DNA of 63,987 nucleotides, filler included, from Chiloscyllium plagiosum (lineage: Eukaryota), in the NCBI RefSeq assembly GCF_004010195.1. It is 12 parts of 12 records of this genome, joined end to end, with 100 filler letters (N's around TTAATTAATTAA, not from the genome) between each part and the next. Parts side by side here need not be neighbours in the genome. Positions count along the whole stretch, not along the records: positions 59,672 to 62,857 come from NW_025188961.1; positions 62,958 to 63,987 come from NW_025118021.1; 10 more parts are not named here. One strand, 5' to 3'. Made by a program: the position numbers and the translations under genes. The notes under the pieces were generated by a model. The model did no database searches, was not told the origin of the DNA, and saw only the letters and a list, made by a program, of their open reading frames with translations. Numbering within the stretch: position 1 is the first letter of the stretch; each line of letters opens with the position of its first letter. Below are positions 62,415 through 63,987 of this stretch, one piece after another.

Positions 62415-62543
62415 CCTGATGAAGGGCTTTTGCCCGAAACGTCGATTTTACTGCTCCTCGGATGCGGCCTGAACTGCTGTGCTCTTCCAGCACCACTAAT
62501 CCAGAATCTGGTTTCCAGCATCTGCAGTCATCGTTTTTACCTC
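62415..62543 (+). mobile_element. Short Penelope-pLTR-derived insertion with 4-bp TSD
   Basis: TSD gttt at 62411-62414 and 62544-62547; empty site in the paralogous intron near 57436-57450. Confidence 0.8.
62416..62443 (+). ncRNA. Minimal type I hammerhead-ribozyme-like motif
   Basis: CTGATGA-a-GGGC-TTTT-GCCC-GAAA-C-GTC: conserved core, stem II and palindromic ACGT at stem III, as in Penelope-associated minimal hammerheads; stem I not evident. Confidence 0.6.
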
Positions 62544-63004
62544 GTTTTAGACCATCGTTTAGGGAATGAATGTAGGCAGCTGGAAGGGCTATCAATGGGG
62601 GAGCATTTCAGTGACAGAGATCAGAACACATTGCAAAAGAGAGTCTGGATGGAAATGGAGAACTATTTTACTAAACTGTGTCGTGATTTAGTTAAAGTAG
62701 ACTGGAACCAGTGACATGATGGGAAATCAGTGTCAGGGCAGTGGGAGGCTTCCAAGGACGAGACAGAGATCGGTCAGAATCTGTTCCCACAAAGAGTAAG
62801 GGTGGGACTCCCAAATCTAGACTTTCAGCCTGGGATGTCAAAAGGCAGTCAGAGTAGNNNNNNNNNNNNNNNNNNNNNNNNNNNNNNNNNNNNNNNNNNN
62901 NTTAATTAATTAANNNNNNNNNNNNNNNNNNNNNNNNNNNNNNNNNNNNNNNNNNNNAATCCCTTTGAATGGCCGGGATTAAAATTGTTTCTCTTGTCTT
63001 TCAG

Positions 63005-63342
63005 GCCGTGAGAACTCTCAGCCCAAGCTGACCCTGCTGCCCCCCTCCCCAGAGCAGGTCAATGCCAAGGGCACTGCCACCCTGGTGTGCCTTGCCAATC
63101 ACTTCTATCCCGATGAGCTGGAGGTGCAGTGGAAGAAGGACGGTGCAGTCATTTTGGACGGGGTTCAGACCAGTAACTACCTGCGAGCTTCGGACAGCAC
63201 CTACAGTGTCAGCAGCCTGCTGACCCTCTCTGGGTCTGACTGGGAGTCCAACGCTTGCTTCTCCTGTGCCTTCACCCACGTGACCCTCCCCTCCCCCCTC
63301 AGCAAGAGCATCAGGAGATCAGAATATGTGTCGAGTGTTTGA
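63005..63342 (+). CDS. IGKC: Ig kappa constant exon (Ck8), open but with altered C-terminus
   Basis: Intact acceptor and domain Cys/Trp; terminal ECV-stop changed to EYVSSV-stop; extra Cys (NAC versus NAR). Confidence 0.88.
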
Positions 63343-63730
63343 GACAGTCCACAGAGGAGACACAACTTTAAATAGAACAGGGCTGAGCTGGCAGGGCAAA
63401 GGTCATTGTCAGCACTGAATTTCAACTCTCTTCCTTCTTTGGATTGGCTCAGAGACACTTCTGAGGTTCAAGGGTTAAGGCAGGTCATTTGGATCATCAA
63501 AAACAAGCTTTACTCTGTGTCAAACCCCATGCTGACCCTGTTCTGGGAGTGTTTGATTGAACAGTGAAGACTCGTGATGCCAAGTAAAACCTCTCAAAGA
63601 TGCTGAAAAGTGCCAGCTGTACAAAAATAATGTGAACCTCAGAAGTCTCTGCTTCAGTAAACCAGATCTCCTTCCTGCTCAGCCACCAGTTCCAATTTAA
63701 GGTTCTGTCACTGTTTAAAGGGACAGGATT

Positions 63731-63987
63731 AGATTAGATTAGATTACAGTGCGGAAACAGTCCCTTTGGCCCAACAAGTCCACACCGACCCGTCGAAGCG
63801 CAACCCACCCATACCTCTACACTTACCCCTTACCTAACACGACAGGCAATTGAGCATGGCCAATTCACCTGACCTGCACATCTTTGTGACGGTGGGAGGG
63901 AACCGGAGCACCCGGAGGAAACCCATGCAGACACGGGGAGAATGTGCAAACTCTACATAGTCAGTCGCCTGAGGCGGGAATTGAACC
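63731..63987 (-). mobile_element. HE1/V-SINE, cut by window end
   Basis: (agatt)n tail and V-domain; same site as 27003. Confidence 0.9.

Overview
Cartilaginous-fish (shark) genomic DNA containing immunoglobulin gene clusters among shark retroelements. An orectolobiform such as a bamboo or nurse shark is plausible, but that is inference. Light chain: eight kappa-type constant exons, none of the seven ungapped copies fully canonical, plus one unrearranged leader-Vk-(12RSS)...(23RSS)-Jk unit. Heavy chain: four IgM-type cluster fragments with VH (23-RSS), D1 (12/22-RSS) and D2 (12/12-RSS). The most striking observation is the cluster at 55254-56234. There an unrearranged VH faces a D1-D2-JH block that is already fused in frame and has lost all inner RSSs, a V-DDJ pre-joined gene needing only one RAG join. 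All D1 5' RSSs have very poor nonamers, which may explain why the V-to-D1 step is the one left undone. Repeats include CR1 LINE fragments, HE1/V-type SINEs (with filled and empty sites), Deu-type SINEs, Penelope-like elements, and short TSD-flanked Penelope-derived insertions carrying minimal hammerhead-ribozyme motifs. Eleven identical 100-bp linkers (N44-TTAATTAATTAA-N44) join separate contigs, so order, orientation and IgH-kappa adjacency across them are not established.
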